A stretch of 64,000 nt of DNA, taken from Bacteroidia bacterium. Lineage in GTDB: Bacteria; Bacteroidota; Bacteroidia; J057; JADKCL01. The notes beneath the pieces were generated by a model. The model searched no databases. It worked only from the letters and a program-made list of their open reading frames with translations, and had not been told where the DNA came from. The position numbers were made by a program, and so were the translations under genes. The stretch spans positions 24,060-88,059 of the forward strand of contig JACJYV010000006.1 of assembly GCA_020635905.1 (NCBI GenBank), written 5' to 3'. This document shows, one piece after another, positions 28,622 to 37,956 of the stretch. The number at the start of each line of letters is the position of its first letter. The stretch's first letter is position 1.

Positions 28622-29930
28622 AAAGAGTTTCTATCAATTCCTTTTCATGTCCAAAATATGGAATTGCCCCAAATTTGCCCTCCAGATAATTTTTATCAAA
28701 AGCAGACTTATTTCTTACTGTATCTGTTTTAAATCCACCAAGCGAATAAAGCTCTGAGGCCCCAAACTGGTTCTTCTCAACAAACCAAATCTGATCTCTT
28801 CTGAAGGTTTCTTTATTGAGAAGGGCCACGTCATGTGCCGCGAAAACCAACTGAGCGTTACTAAAATTAAACTGATGGAAAAAATCTATCAACCTCAAAG
28901 TCAATTGAGAATGTAATCTTGAGTCCAGTTCATCAATGACCAAGATTTTTCCATTTTGAAGAGTATCAAACCAGGGACCAAGAAGATATAACAGTTTTTT
29001 CGTTCCCTCCGATTCCTGCGTGTCAAAATTGAAGGGAATGGTATCCACAAGAATATTGTTTTCATCATAAATTCTGTGAAATGTTACGATCTGGTCTCTT
29101 TTCCTCTGCCTTGATTGAATTTTGTTAATACTGGTCAGTAAATTGAGGATTTCCTCGTCTTTCTCTTTCTCCTTCAGATTCTCTATGTTAATTTCACTAA
29201 AATCCTCCTCTATCGTGGATATGTTGGAAATTTCCAGTTCCCTGAGGAATCTTAGCACCCAGCCCAGAAAGGTTTTATCTGACTTTAACCTCTCAATTGT
29301 ATAAAGCTTGTGCCCAAGGTCATGATTTCCGTTAATAAAATTTACCTTCTTAAACCACTCCACTATTTGGGTTGAAAGTGGTTTTCCAAGGGTGGCCAAA
29401 AGTGAAAGAAACAAGACATTTTCCTTTATGTCTTCCTCCTTACCCAAAGCTTCATTAAAAGCTGATTTGTTTATTTCGATTTCCTGGCGATTTCTTTTGA
29501 AAAGGTAAACTTCCTTCGTAGTTGAATGAAAAAGCCATTCCGCAACTACCAGATTATAATCAATTTCAAAACCATACCTGTATTTAACTTTATTTTGAAT
29601 AAATGAAACCTCAAAAAAGCTTGAGTCCTTGAGTGATTGGGTATTCAAAGCAAATTTTTCCAGAGGAAATCTTTTTTCATTTTCTTCAAGCAATGCATCC
29701 CTGAACGAATTTAGAACCATTGCTTTCATAAAACCCAATGCCTCCAGCAGGTTACTTTTTCCACTTGCATTATTTCCATAAATAACCGCAGATTTCAATA
29801 AGTCAATGCTGGTGCCCAGGGAAATAACATGGCTTTCCATATGCTCCTTAAAGGGTTTGGACGCAACCATGGAAAGGGTGGTAAAATCCTTAAATGAAAG
29901 GAAATTTTCGATATTAAATTCTATTAGCAT
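28608..29930 (-). CDS. ABC-type AAA_21 ATPase (RloA/AbiEii-like)
   Basis: MLIEFNIENFLSFK, Walker A GNNASGKSN, signature ESEGT, Walker B IDELDSRLH, H-loop AHD and LYSL...YLEGKFGAIP. Confidence 0.9.
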   Translation of the reverse strand: MLIEFNIENFLSFKDFTTLSMVASKPFKEHMESHVISLGTSIDLLKSAVIYGNNASGKSNLLEALGFMKAMVLNSFRDALLEENEKRFPLEKFALNTQSLKDSSFFEVSFIQNKVKYRYGFEIDYNLVVAEWLFHSTTKEVYLFKRNRQEIEINKSAFNEALGKEEDIKENVLFLSLLATLGKPLSTQIVEWFKKVNFINGNHDLGHKLYTIERLKSDKTFLGWVLRFLRELEISNISTIEEDFSEINIENLKEKEKDEEILNLLTSINKIQSRQRKRDQIVTFHRIYDENNILVDTIPFNFDTQESEGTKKLLYLLGPWFDTLQNGKILVIDELDSRLHSQLTLRLIDFFHQFNFSNAQLVFAAHDVALLNKETFRRDQIWFVEKNQFGASELYSLGGFKTDTVRNKSAFDKNYLEGKFGAIPYFGHEKELIETLYGKR

Positions 29931-30025
29931 GGTTGAATGGGATTGTTTTTCCAATCAAATATATATCATAAACGAATTTATGCAAAAAAATTGCAAAAAA
30001 TTAATTTGTAAGAAAAATATCCCCC

Positions 30026-30919
30026 CTACCCCAAAAACCCTTCCTGCTTAAACTCGGCCTGGGGATATTTATAAAACCCCTCCCCTGACTTCAAACCCAG
30101 TTTGCCTTGGTCGAGCATGGAACGAAGCAGGGCGGCAAAGCGCACACTTTTTTCGTCTTTGCGGTTTTTCAAAACGTGCCAGGCCGTATCCAATCCAATT
30201 TCATCTATGATGCCAAAAGGACCGCTGGGGGTATTGAAATTGCCCATCCAGGAACGATCCACCTCCTGCACGCTGGCGATGTCGTAGGTGACCAAGGCGC
30301 CTGCCGCACCCAAAACGGCCATCAGAATAGAGTTGAAAATATAGCCGGGCGACTCGCGCTTCATCACCACGGGAATCTGATTCAGGCGTTTGCCCATGTC
30401 CACCAAGAGGGGAATCATCCAGTCTGCGGTGCCGGGATGGGGCATGATATCCACTACCCGGGCAGTAAATACGTCGTGGAAATGGAAGGCGCAAAAGCGC
30501 GCGGGTCGCCCAGTGGCTTCCGCCATTTGGGAAGGCAATAAATACGAAGTATTGGTGGTAAAAACGGTCCTGGGTGGGCAAAATTCACCCAGCTGGGCCC
30601 AGACTTTCTGCTTCAGAGCCAGTTCCTCAGTCACAGATTCGTTGACAAAATCAGCATCCCTGGCCGCAGTTTTCAGATCTGTGCTCCAGGTAATTCGATT
30701 TCGCACTTCATCCAGTTCAGCAGCCTGCACGCGCCCATGTTTGACCAAATGCCGCAGAATTTTCTCGTGCACCACTTTGGCTTTTTCATTGGAGGCTTCG
30801 CTCACATCCACAATCGTGGTCTCAAATCCACTGACTGCGGCCTGCAAACCTACGCGCAAGCCGAGGGTGCCGCTGCCCAGAATCAGTACCTTACGGATAT
30901 CTTCGATTTTCATTTCCAT
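30026..30919 (-). CDS. 3-hydroxyacyl-CoA dehydrogenase
   Basis: ILGSGTLG Rossmann motif, ESVTEELALK, TNTS and GPFGIIDEIGLD. Confidence 0.92.
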   Translation of the reverse strand: MEMKIEDIRKVLILGSGTLGLRVGLQAAVSGFETTIVDVSEASNEKAKVVHEKILRHLVKHGRVQAAELDEVRNRITWSTDLKTAARDADFVNESVTEELALKQKVWAQLGEFCPPRTVFTTNTSYLLPSQMAEATGRPARFCAFHFHDVFTARVVDIMPHPGTADWMIPLLVDMGKRLNQIPVVMKRESPGYIFNSILMAVLGAAGALVTYDIASVQEVDRSWMGNFNTPSGPFGIIDEIGLDTAWHVLKNRKDEKSVRFAALLRSMLDQGKLGLKSGEGFYKYPQAEFKQEGFLG

Positions 30920-30921
30920 GC

Positions 30922-31998
30922 TTAATACAAATTGCTGATGCGATTGAATTGAATGGCCAATTGCGCATTCTGACCACAAGCCCGCACGGAATGAATCAAC
31001 ATCCCAAAACGGGGATCTTTGGTGAAACCCTGCTTGAAGCGGGCGTAAATCTGCTGGGCAATAACTCCCACTTTGAATGAGCCAAACACATAATAAAACA
31101 GCATATTTCGGTCTTTCAGACCCATTTTATCCGCATAGCGTTCCACGGCTTCCTCACGGGTGAGGTTGCCCGGCAGCCAGGTCAGACTGAAGGGTTTGAG
31201 CGCGTCGCTGTCTTTGGCTTCAATCCAGTAGGCCAGGCTGGTGCCCAAATCCATGAGCGGATCGCCCACGGTGGCCATTTCCCAATCCAAAACGGCAATA
31301 ATCCGGGACAGATCAATGGGATCAAGCACCAGATTGTCGTATTTGAAGTCGTTGTGGATGAAGGCAGCCTGGCTTGCTGAAGGAATATTGGCTTGCAACC
31401 ATTCCGCGGCAGCATTCATTCCACCAACCTCATCTGTCTCAGCATTAAAATAGCGTTTCACCCAACCTTCCACCTGCCGCTGCACATAGCCTTCAGGCTT
31501 GCCAAAATCAGCCAAACCACTTTTCTCCAGGTCAAGGGAGTGCAAGGAAGCCAGGTGATCAATGGTCGCACGGGAGATTTTACCCATCAATTCAGGTTGC
31601 AAATCAATGCCTTTGGGAGGGCGATTTCGCAGAATAATTCCTTTCACCCGTTCCATCACATAAAAAGGAGCGCCCAGTAGTTCTGAACTTTCCTCATACA
31701 ATACGGGGCTGGGAACAAAAGGATAAACGGGTTTGAGCAGGGAAAGCACCTTAAATTCTCGCCCCATGTCGTGGGCAGATTTGATATTGGCACCACGGGG
31801 CGGTTTGCGCAACACAAATTCCTGTTCGTCCAGACGGATCAGGTAAGTGAGATTGGAATAGCCTCCCGGGAACTGCTGGATTTCAATTTCCCTGAATTTT
31901 TGTCCCAATTGATGCTCCAAACAGGCCTTAATTTCCTGTTCAGCCAGATTTTCACCTTCGCGTACCTGGGTTGCTTTATCCAATGCTTCCTGATTCAT
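30922..31998 (-). CDS. APH-family phosphotransferase (ACAD10/11 kinase-like, LvaA-like)
   Basis: GGYSNLTY, AHDMGREF, HNDFKYDN and LDWEMATVGDPLMDL motifs. Confidence 0.9.
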   Translation of the reverse strand: MNQEALDKATQVREGENLAEQEIKACLEHQLGQKFREIEIQQFPGGYSNLTYLIRLDEQEFVLRKPPRGANIKSAHDMGREFKVLSLLKPVYPFVPSPVLYEESSELLGAPFYVMERVKGIILRNRPPKGIDLQPELMGKISRATIDHLASLHSLDLEKSGLADFGKPEGYVQRQVEGWVKRYFNAETDEVGGMNAAAEWLQANIPSASQAAFIHNDFKYDNLVLDPIDLSRIIAVLDWEMATVGDPLMDLGTSLAYWIEAKDSDALKPFSLTWLPGNLTREEAVERYADKMGLKDRNMLFYYVFGSFKVGVIAQQIYARFKQGFTKDPRFGMLIHSVRACGQNAQLAIQFNRISNLY

Positions 31999-33203
31999 GA
32001 TCCCTGATTAAGTCCGTAATTTTTGAGGATGGATTTGGCCAACGAGGCCTTGTGGACTTCGTCAGGACCGTCGTAAATGCGGGCGCCCCGTTCGTGGCGA
32101 TACCACCACGAAAGCACCAGATCGTCCGTAATGCCGAGTGCGCCGTGGGTCTGAATGGCACGATCGAGCACGGTCATCATCACATCAGCCACGAAAAATT
32201 TAATGGTGGAAATTTCCAGGCGAGCCGCCTTGGTACCTTCCTGATCCATTTTGTGGGCGGCATGCAACACCATGTAACGGGCGGCATTGATAGAAGCCCG
32301 GCTCTCGGCAATCCAGTTTTGGATGGTTTGCTTGTGGCCCAGTTTGGTGCCGTCGCCCATGTCACGTGAGGCAGCCCGTTGGCACATGAGGTCGAGGGCC
32401 CGTTCTGAAATGCCAATCCAGCGCATACAATGATGGATGCGACCGGGTCCGAGGCGCTCCTGCGCCAGCAAAAAGCCCATTCCAGGTTTTCCAATGATAT
32501 TTTCGCCAGGCACCCGGCAGTTCTCATATTTGATTTCTGCGTGACTGACGTAGCCAAATCCCGCCTCGCCCATGATGGGAATGTTGCGCACCAGATTGAA
32601 ACCCGGGGTGTCCGTGGGTACCAAAATCATGCTGGCCCGCTGGTACGGGGAGGCGGCCGGGTCTGTGACCGCCATCACAATGGCAAAGGCAGCTCCGTCG
32701 GCAGAACTGGTAAACCATTTATGCCCGTTGATGACCCATTCGTTGCCTTGCAAAACTGCGGTGGTGCCCATTTGCACTGGATTTGATCCTGCAAAATCGG
32801 GCTCGGTCATTGAGAAGCAACTGCGAATTTTTCCCTGGATCAGGGGTTCGAGAAAGGCATGCTTCAGGTTATCAGCTGCGTATTTTTCCAGCAATTCAAT
32901 GTTTCCAATGTCGGGAGCCTGGCAATTGAGGGCATAATGACCCAGGGGAGTCATAGCCAGCAGTTCGCTGAGCTGAGCAAATTCGACCAGAGAAAGGCCC
33001 AATCCACCTTCATTTTCAGGCAGATAAGGGGCCCAAAATCCAAGGGATTTGGCTTTGATCCGCAGCCTCTCCAGCCCATCTTCCACTTCGTTCCGGGTTC
33101 CGTGAAGTAAGGACATCTCCATGGGAATCAATTCCTCCTGCACAAACCGCTGTACCCTGGGGTAGAGTTCTTTTAATTTATCTGTGGCAAATAATTCAAT
33201 CAT
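31995..33203 (-). CDS. Acyl-CoA dehydrogenase (ACAD10/11, LvaC-like)
   Basis: NCQAPDIGN, FSMTEP, NGHKWFTS, QERLGPGRIHHCMR and RIYDGPDEVH motifs. Confidence 0.93.
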   Translation of the reverse strand: MIELFATDKLKELYPRVQRFVQEELIPMEMSLLHGTRNEVEDGLERLRIKAKSLGFWAPYLPENEGGLGLSLVEFAQLSELLAMTPLGHYALNCQAPDIGNIELLEKYAADNLKHAFLEPLIQGKIRSCFSMTEPDFAGSNPVQMGTTAVLQGNEWVINGHKWFTSSADGAAFAIVMAVTDPAASPYQRASMILVPTDTPGFNLVRNIPIMGEAGFGYVSHAEIKYENCRVPGENIIGKPGMGFLLAQERLGPGRIHHCMRWIGISERALDLMCQRAASRDMGDGTKLGHKQTIQNWIAESRASINAARYMVLHAAHKMDQEGTKAARLEISTIKFFVADVMMTVLDRAIQTHGALGITDDLVLSWWYRHERGARIYDGPDEVHKASLAKSILKNYGLNQGS

Positions 33204-33876
33204 TTTGAGACTTGATTTCCCTAATCATTACGAAACTTATCAACCTTTCTGCCTCATCAAAATCAGTTATGATCGAATCCAGATTTAAGAGCCCAATAAG
33301 CCTGGGACCATCTTTTGATTTTGAATAGCTTTTAGCTTTTGGCTTGGGTTTTCCTCCCCTGATTTTTAATTCACTGAAATACTTTCTGAAAAGAGTATTC
33401 AATTTTTCAGAAGGGTTCGAAATTTCTTCCGGGTGAATATTCTTGATTAAGGAGTCATCAGACAAATTTTCATCAGGTTTTTTAAAATTCAACCCCTCAA
33501 ATTTGGCATAGGTGCTCAAAATTTCTGGTTGAGACAATATCCAGGACTCCATTTCCTGAACCATAAAAAACAATCTGGAAGTATCCAACGGCTTATAATG
33601 TTCGAGTCTTAACCCCTTTTCACTTTTTGGCCCGTCAAGATCAATCAGAATAATTCCAGCGTTTTTTCTGAGGGATAGTTTTTGCAGGTAGTTTCTGGTT
33701 TGGGTTACTGAACCAATGGGCTGAATGATCAAATTAAAATGGTCTTCAGACAATTTTTGGGAAAAGAGTTTATGAAATCCCTCTCTGAAAACCTGGCTGT
33801 TATCTATGGTCAAAGCAGCATCTCCACCTGCACTAATCCATGCGCCCCCCTCCACATAAATCGTTAAATCTACCAT
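33196..33876 (-). CDS. DUF4276-like (TOPRIM-like) partner of an ABC ATPase
   Basis: IYVEGG, LIDLDGP and FMVQEMESW motifs; ATGGTAG overlap with the upstream ATPase; AT-rich. Confidence 0.75.
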   Translation of the reverse strand: MVDLTIYVEGGAWISAGGDAALTIDNSQVFREGFHKLFSQKLSEDHFNLIIQPIGSVTQTRNYLQKLSLRKNAGIILIDLDGPKSEKGLRLEHYKPLDTSRLFFMVQEMESWILSQPEILSTYAKFEGLNFKKPDENLSDDSLIKNIHPEEISNPSEKLNTLFRKYFSELKIRGGKPKPKAKSYSKSKDGPRLIGLLNLDSIITDFDEAERLISFVMIREIKSQND

Positions 33877-35102
33877 CTTTTCCCTCCCAATTGCCCCCTT
33901 AACCAAAGTTGACCTGGGAGTAAATTATCATTCCAATCCTCAAAATCCTCCTCAGACTTGGTCCTTACCAAAGTTTGATTTAATTCGTCCTTTTCGAAAA
34001 TAAGGATTTCCTCCAGATCAAATGAATTTAGCAGTAATGGAGAGTGAGTAGCAATTATTATTTGTGAATTATCTAAGGAAGCCATTTTTATTGCCTCTCC
34101 AATTGAATTGATCATGTCTGGATGCAAGCCAATTTCTGGCTCCTCAATACATAAAAGACCTCCCCTTCCTGGATTAAAAAAAATTGCCAGGAGTAATATA
34201 TACCTCAATGTCCCGTCTGAAATATGCTCAATGGGAACCGCTTTTGCCAAATTATTTTCCCTAAGCACCAAATATTGCTTTGACCCGATTAATGAAAAAC
34301 CTATTTCTTTAAACTTAGGATTGACTTTATTGATATACCTCTCGATGTTCTCGTAGTCAGTGGAATAATTATTTTGGATCTTGCTCAAGATGGAAGTAAG
34401 ATTCTGACCGTTAAATTTCAGCCTTTCTGCGATATCAAATGAAGCTGGCTGCCTGATCGTGCTTTTGAGAGAAGTGTCAAAATATTCATACAGGGCTAGT
34501 TTTTCAATTGACCTTTTGAGGGTGAACAAAGGGATATATCTGCCTGGATCAGAAATTTGCCTTAGAATCAACTCCGTTGATTTGAAAGAAACCTGGCCTT
34601 TCTCCCTTGAATATCTTTGGATTCCAACTTTTCCATCTTCTCTTGCAGATATTTCCCCTTCAGAATTCTCCATTTCCATGTAAATGAATGGAGATTTCCC
34701 GGATTCAGGTTTACCAGACGCATATATTTTTTCCTTCAGGTAATAGCCAGTTCCACCAGACGGAAAAATAGTAACCTCATAAATAAGATTTCTGTCGAAA
34801 TTAAATCCATATCCCTCCAATGAATCGCTAATAGCCTGAAAATCAAACTCGAATAAAAGTCTAACAAATCTATTTTGTCCTTTTATTGAGTTTGAAACCG
34901 TATCGAATCCTCCCCAATCCTGTAAAAAAATCTTCTCAAACCCATCCCCTGCCACCCCTTCATACAGCAATTTTATGGCTTTCAGAAAGTTCGATTTTCC
35001 ACTTCCGTTTATTCCTACCAGAACATTAATGCCCGGATTAAGCTCAATCACTGTGGGCTGACCAAAGCTGAAAAAATTCTCTAAAGTAATCCGCGCTATC
35101 AT
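33870..35102 (-). CDS. ABC-type AAA_21 ATPase
   Basis: LENFFSF, GINGSGKSN, SDGTLRY, IEEPEIGLHP, ATHS and GQLWLRGQLGG; AT-rich. Confidence 0.9.
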   Translation of the reverse strand: MIARITLENFFSFGQPTVIELNPGINVLVGINGSGKSNFLKAIKLLYEGVAGDGFEKIFLQDWGGFDTVSNSIKGQNRFVRLLFEFDFQAISDSLEGYGFNFDRNLIYEVTIFPSGGTGYYLKEKIYASGKPESGKSPFIYMEMENSEGEISAREDGKVGIQRYSREKGQVSFKSTELILRQISDPGRYIPLFTLKRSIEKLALYEYFDTSLKSTIRQPASFDIAERLKFNGQNLTSILSKIQNNYSTDYENIERYINKVNPKFKEIGFSLIGSKQYLVLRENNLAKAVPIEHISDGTLRYILLLAIFFNPGRGGLLCIEEPEIGLHPDMINSIGEAIKMASLDNSQIIIATHSPLLLNSFDLEEILIFEKDELNQTLVRTKSEEDFEDWNDNLLPGQLWLRGQLGGKRW

Positions 35103-35157
35103 ACTTTTCCCCGAATTTACTGAATGTATTTGTCCTCCCCAACTATCTCCTCTCCAT

Positions 35158-35922
35158 TCAAATCACATATCCACCATCCGCCACATACACCCCGCCCGTG
35201 CAAAAAGACGAGGCATTTGAAGCCAGAAAAAGGGCCAGGCCGGCCATGTCAATGGGTTCGGCAACCTGAGGAAGGGCCTGTTTACCAAGCACATGCTGCA
35301 AAATCTGATCGTTGGAAGTAAGGGCTTCGCTGAATTTGGTGCGAACCAGTCCCGGGCAAATTACATTCACCCGGATATTGCTCTTGCCCCATTCACGGGC
35401 CGAAGCCTTGGTCAGAGAGATCAAAGCTGATTTGCTGACAGAATACAGCCCCAGGCCCTGCCCGGGGGTGATACCTTCAATGCTGCTGATGTTGATGATG
35501 GAGCCGCCGTTTACTTTCAGCAAGGGATAAGCCAGGTTGTTCAACAACCAGGGGCCCTTAACGTTGACCTCCATGATTTTATCAAATGCTTCGCCGGGTG
35601 CTTTGTGCAGGGGGCCAAAGACGGGATTGGTGGCGGCATTATTGACCACAATGTCGAGTTGGCCATATTTTTCCTGAATTTTCTGCACCATTTGAGCGAT
35701 CTGTTCTTCTGAACCCATGTGACAAGCCACAGGAAAGGCCTCCAATCCCTGAGCGGCGAATTCGGCCGCCACCTCGTCGCAAGCCTCCTGCTTGCGACTG
35801 GAAATCACCACCTTAGCGCCCTGCTGGCCAAAGGCCAGAGCGATAGCCTGGCCAATTCCTTTGCTGGCTCCCGTTACCAGGGCCACTTTTCCAGTCAGGT
35901 CAAATTTTTCAGAAATTTTCAT
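35158..35922 (-). CDS. SDR oxidoreductase (DHRS4-like / LvaD-like)
   Basis: TGASKGIG, NNAATNP and YSVSK motifs. Confidence 0.92.
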   Translation of the reverse strand: MKISEKFDLTGKVALVTGASKGIGQAIALAFGQQGAKVVISSRKQEACDEVAAEFAAQGLEAFPVACHMGSEEQIAQMVQKIQEKYGQLDIVVNNAATNPVFGPLHKAPGEAFDKIMEVNVKGPWLLNNLAYPLLKVNGGSIINISSIEGITPGQGLGLYSVSKSALISLTKASAREWGKSNIRVNVICPGLVRTKFSEALTSNDQILQHVLGKQALPQVAEPIDMAGLALFLASNASSFCTGGVYVADGGYVI

Positions 35923-35994
35923 TATTCAGGGGATTAAAATTTTTCCGGAATCCGAATTTATTAAAATTGCGGTCCCCTTCATAAAATTAAACAG

Positions 35995-36999
35995 ATGAAC
36001 AAGCGATTACTCCTCGTCCAGCGCCCCACGGGCCTTCCTGATGCCTCAACCTGGCAGCTTGAAAGCCAGCCAATCCCCGTTCCAGGTGAGGGCGAAATGC
36101 TGATCCAGCACCATTATATTTCACTGGACCCGGCCATGCGCGGCTGGATGAATGACACCCGTTCGTACATTCCACCTGTGCGACTGGGTGAGGTAATGCG
36201 GGCAGGGTCACTTGGCAAAGTGATTCAGACCCGGGGAGATACCCGCTTCAAAGTGGGTGACTTCGTAACTGGCTGGGGTGGGGTGCAACAATACACAATT
36301 TCTGATGGCAAAGGCTGGCATCAGGTTGATCCGCGGTTGGCACCCCTGACGGCCTATCTGGGTACTCTGGGTATGCCGGGCATGACCGCCTATTTTGGTT
36401 TGCTGGAAGTGGGGCAGTTGAAGGAAGGTGATACAGTGCTGGTTTCGGGTGCAGCTGGCGCAGTGGGCAGTGTGGTCGGACAAATCGCCCGCATCAAGGG
36501 TTGTAAAGTGGTGGGAATTGCAGGAGGTGCGGAAAAATGCCGTTATCTGATCGAAGAACTGGGTTTCCATGGGGCAATTGATTACAAAAACGAAGATCTG
36601 AAAGCTGGGCTCAAACGGGAATTGCCCGAAGGAATTGATGTATATTTTGATAATGTGGGGGGTGAAACCCTCGATCTGGCCCTGTCCCGCATCCGCATGC
36701 ATGCGCGGATTGTAATTTGTGGGGCCATTTCGCAGTATAATAACACCACCGCGGTCAAAGGTCCGTCCAATTATCTGGCTCTGCTGGTTAATCGGGCCCG
36801 CATGGAAGGCATGGTAGTGATGGATTACGCCAAAGATTATGGAAAAGCGGCCCGCGAAATGGGTGCCTGGATGGCCGCAGGCCAGCTGAAAAGCCGGGAG
36901 GATGTGTATGAAGGGATCGAAAATTTCCGGGAAACTTTTTTGCGTCTGTTCAGCGGGGAAAAACTGGGGAAATTGATTTTGAAGGTGTTGGAGGAGTGA
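35995..36999 (+). CDS. NADP-dependent oxidoreductase (MDR, prostaglandin-reductase/CurA-like)
   Basis: SLDPAMRGWM, GMPGMTAYFGL, SGAAGAVGS and YFDNVGG motifs. Confidence 0.93.
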   Translation: MNKRLLLVQRPTGLPDASTWQLESQPIPVPGEGEMLIQHHYISLDPAMRGWMNDTRSYIPPVRLGEVMRAGSLGKVIQTRGDTRFKVGDFVTGWGGVQQYTISDGKGWHQVDPRLAPLTAYLGTLGMPGMTAYFGLLEVGQLKEGDTVLVSGAAGAVGSVVGQIARIKGCKVVGIAGGAEKCRYLIEELGFHGAIDYKNEDLKAGLKRELPEGIDVYFDNVGGETLDLALSRIRMHARIVICGAISQYNNTTAVKGPSNYLALLVNRARMEGMVVMDYAKDYGKAAREMGAWMAAGQLKSREDVYEGIENFRETFLRLFSGEKLGKLILKVLEE

Positions 37000-37112
37000 C
37001 TTTGTCGAATTTTTCCCACAACCCAAGCATTAGATTTATTTCAGCCGAAAATGCACTTGTAATAAACTCTGTCAAACAAATACTTCAATTTTTTCGTACC
37101 TTTAAGATCATT

Positions 37113-37277
37113 ATGGCATTAGATATTAAAAGATCACCAGAATTATCGGGAGAAAGTGCCGAGCGCTTTCTGAAGCGTATTGAAAACCCAGTCATTTCGG
37201 GTATGAGTAAGAAGCGGATTCTGGCAGCGATGGCCATGGCAAAAATCATGAAAGAGTCCGACAGGTCAGGCAAATGA
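37113..37277 (+). CDS. Small protein, putative antitoxin of a GNAT toxin
   Basis: 54 aa MALDIKRSPELSGESAERFL...; its stop overlaps the GNAT start (ATGA). Confidence 0.6.
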   Translation: MALDIKRSPELSGESAERFLKRIENPVISGMSKKRILAAMAMAKIMKESDRSGK

Positions 37278-37869
37278 TCTCCCTTCAAAAGGACTGCGAA
37301 TTTAACATTATCAGGCAGGACAAAGGAATTTTTGATTTTGATTGTGGAAATCAGGATTTGAACGAATTCTTTGCCCTCGAATCCTTTGAATATCAGGATA
37401 ATCTCCTCGCCGAAACTTCATTTTCAACCTAAAAACTGACCCCAAAAAGGTAGTTTGTGCTTTTTCTATTTCTAATGATAGCGTCAGGGTATTTGATTTG
37501 CCCAACTCAAGAAAAAAGAAAGTGGAAAAAAGCATAGGAAGACACAAAAGATCAAAATCGTTCCCAGCTTTACTAATTGGTAGGTTAGGTGTTTCAGGTG
37601 ATTTTGCAGGCAAAGGCCTGGGAACCCAGTTGATGGATGTAATAAAACTTTTCTCCCTCAATGATTCCCGGGCAAGGTTTCTTCTGGTTGACGCTTATAA
37701 CACAGAAGCTACTCTTTCCTTTTATTTGAAGAACGAATTTTCCCTTCTTTTCTCCTCAGAAGACCAAGAGGCTGAGTATTTCAGGCGAGATACCACAGAA
37801 CCACTGAAAACCAGGATGATGTATTTTGATTTACTGGGGCTAAAAAGAAAATTAGAGTCACTTTCCTAA
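37274..37869 (+). pseudogene. GNAT acetyltransferase toxin-like gene with a 1-nt frameshift at ~37416
   Basis: 5' frame MISLQ...FDCGNQDLNEFF...LLAET stops at 37430; the shifted frame continues FNLKTDPKKVVCAFSISND...FPALLIGRLGV...GKGLGTQL...VDAYN...FY.KNEF; adding one T at ACTTC gives a 198-aa ORF. Confidence 0.85.
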
Positions 37870-37945
37870 CTTCTCATTTCTCAACCAATTTTTCCACTCC
37901 CCCATTTCTTGACTTTCGTCAAGGTCCATTGCCATTCCTGCACTT

Positions 37946-37953
37946 TAGCTTTG
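37946..37953 (+). promoter_or_regulatory. Bacteroidota -7 box
   Basis: TAGCTTTG just upstream of the ATG at 37957. Confidence 0.5.
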
Positions 37954-37956
37954 TGC

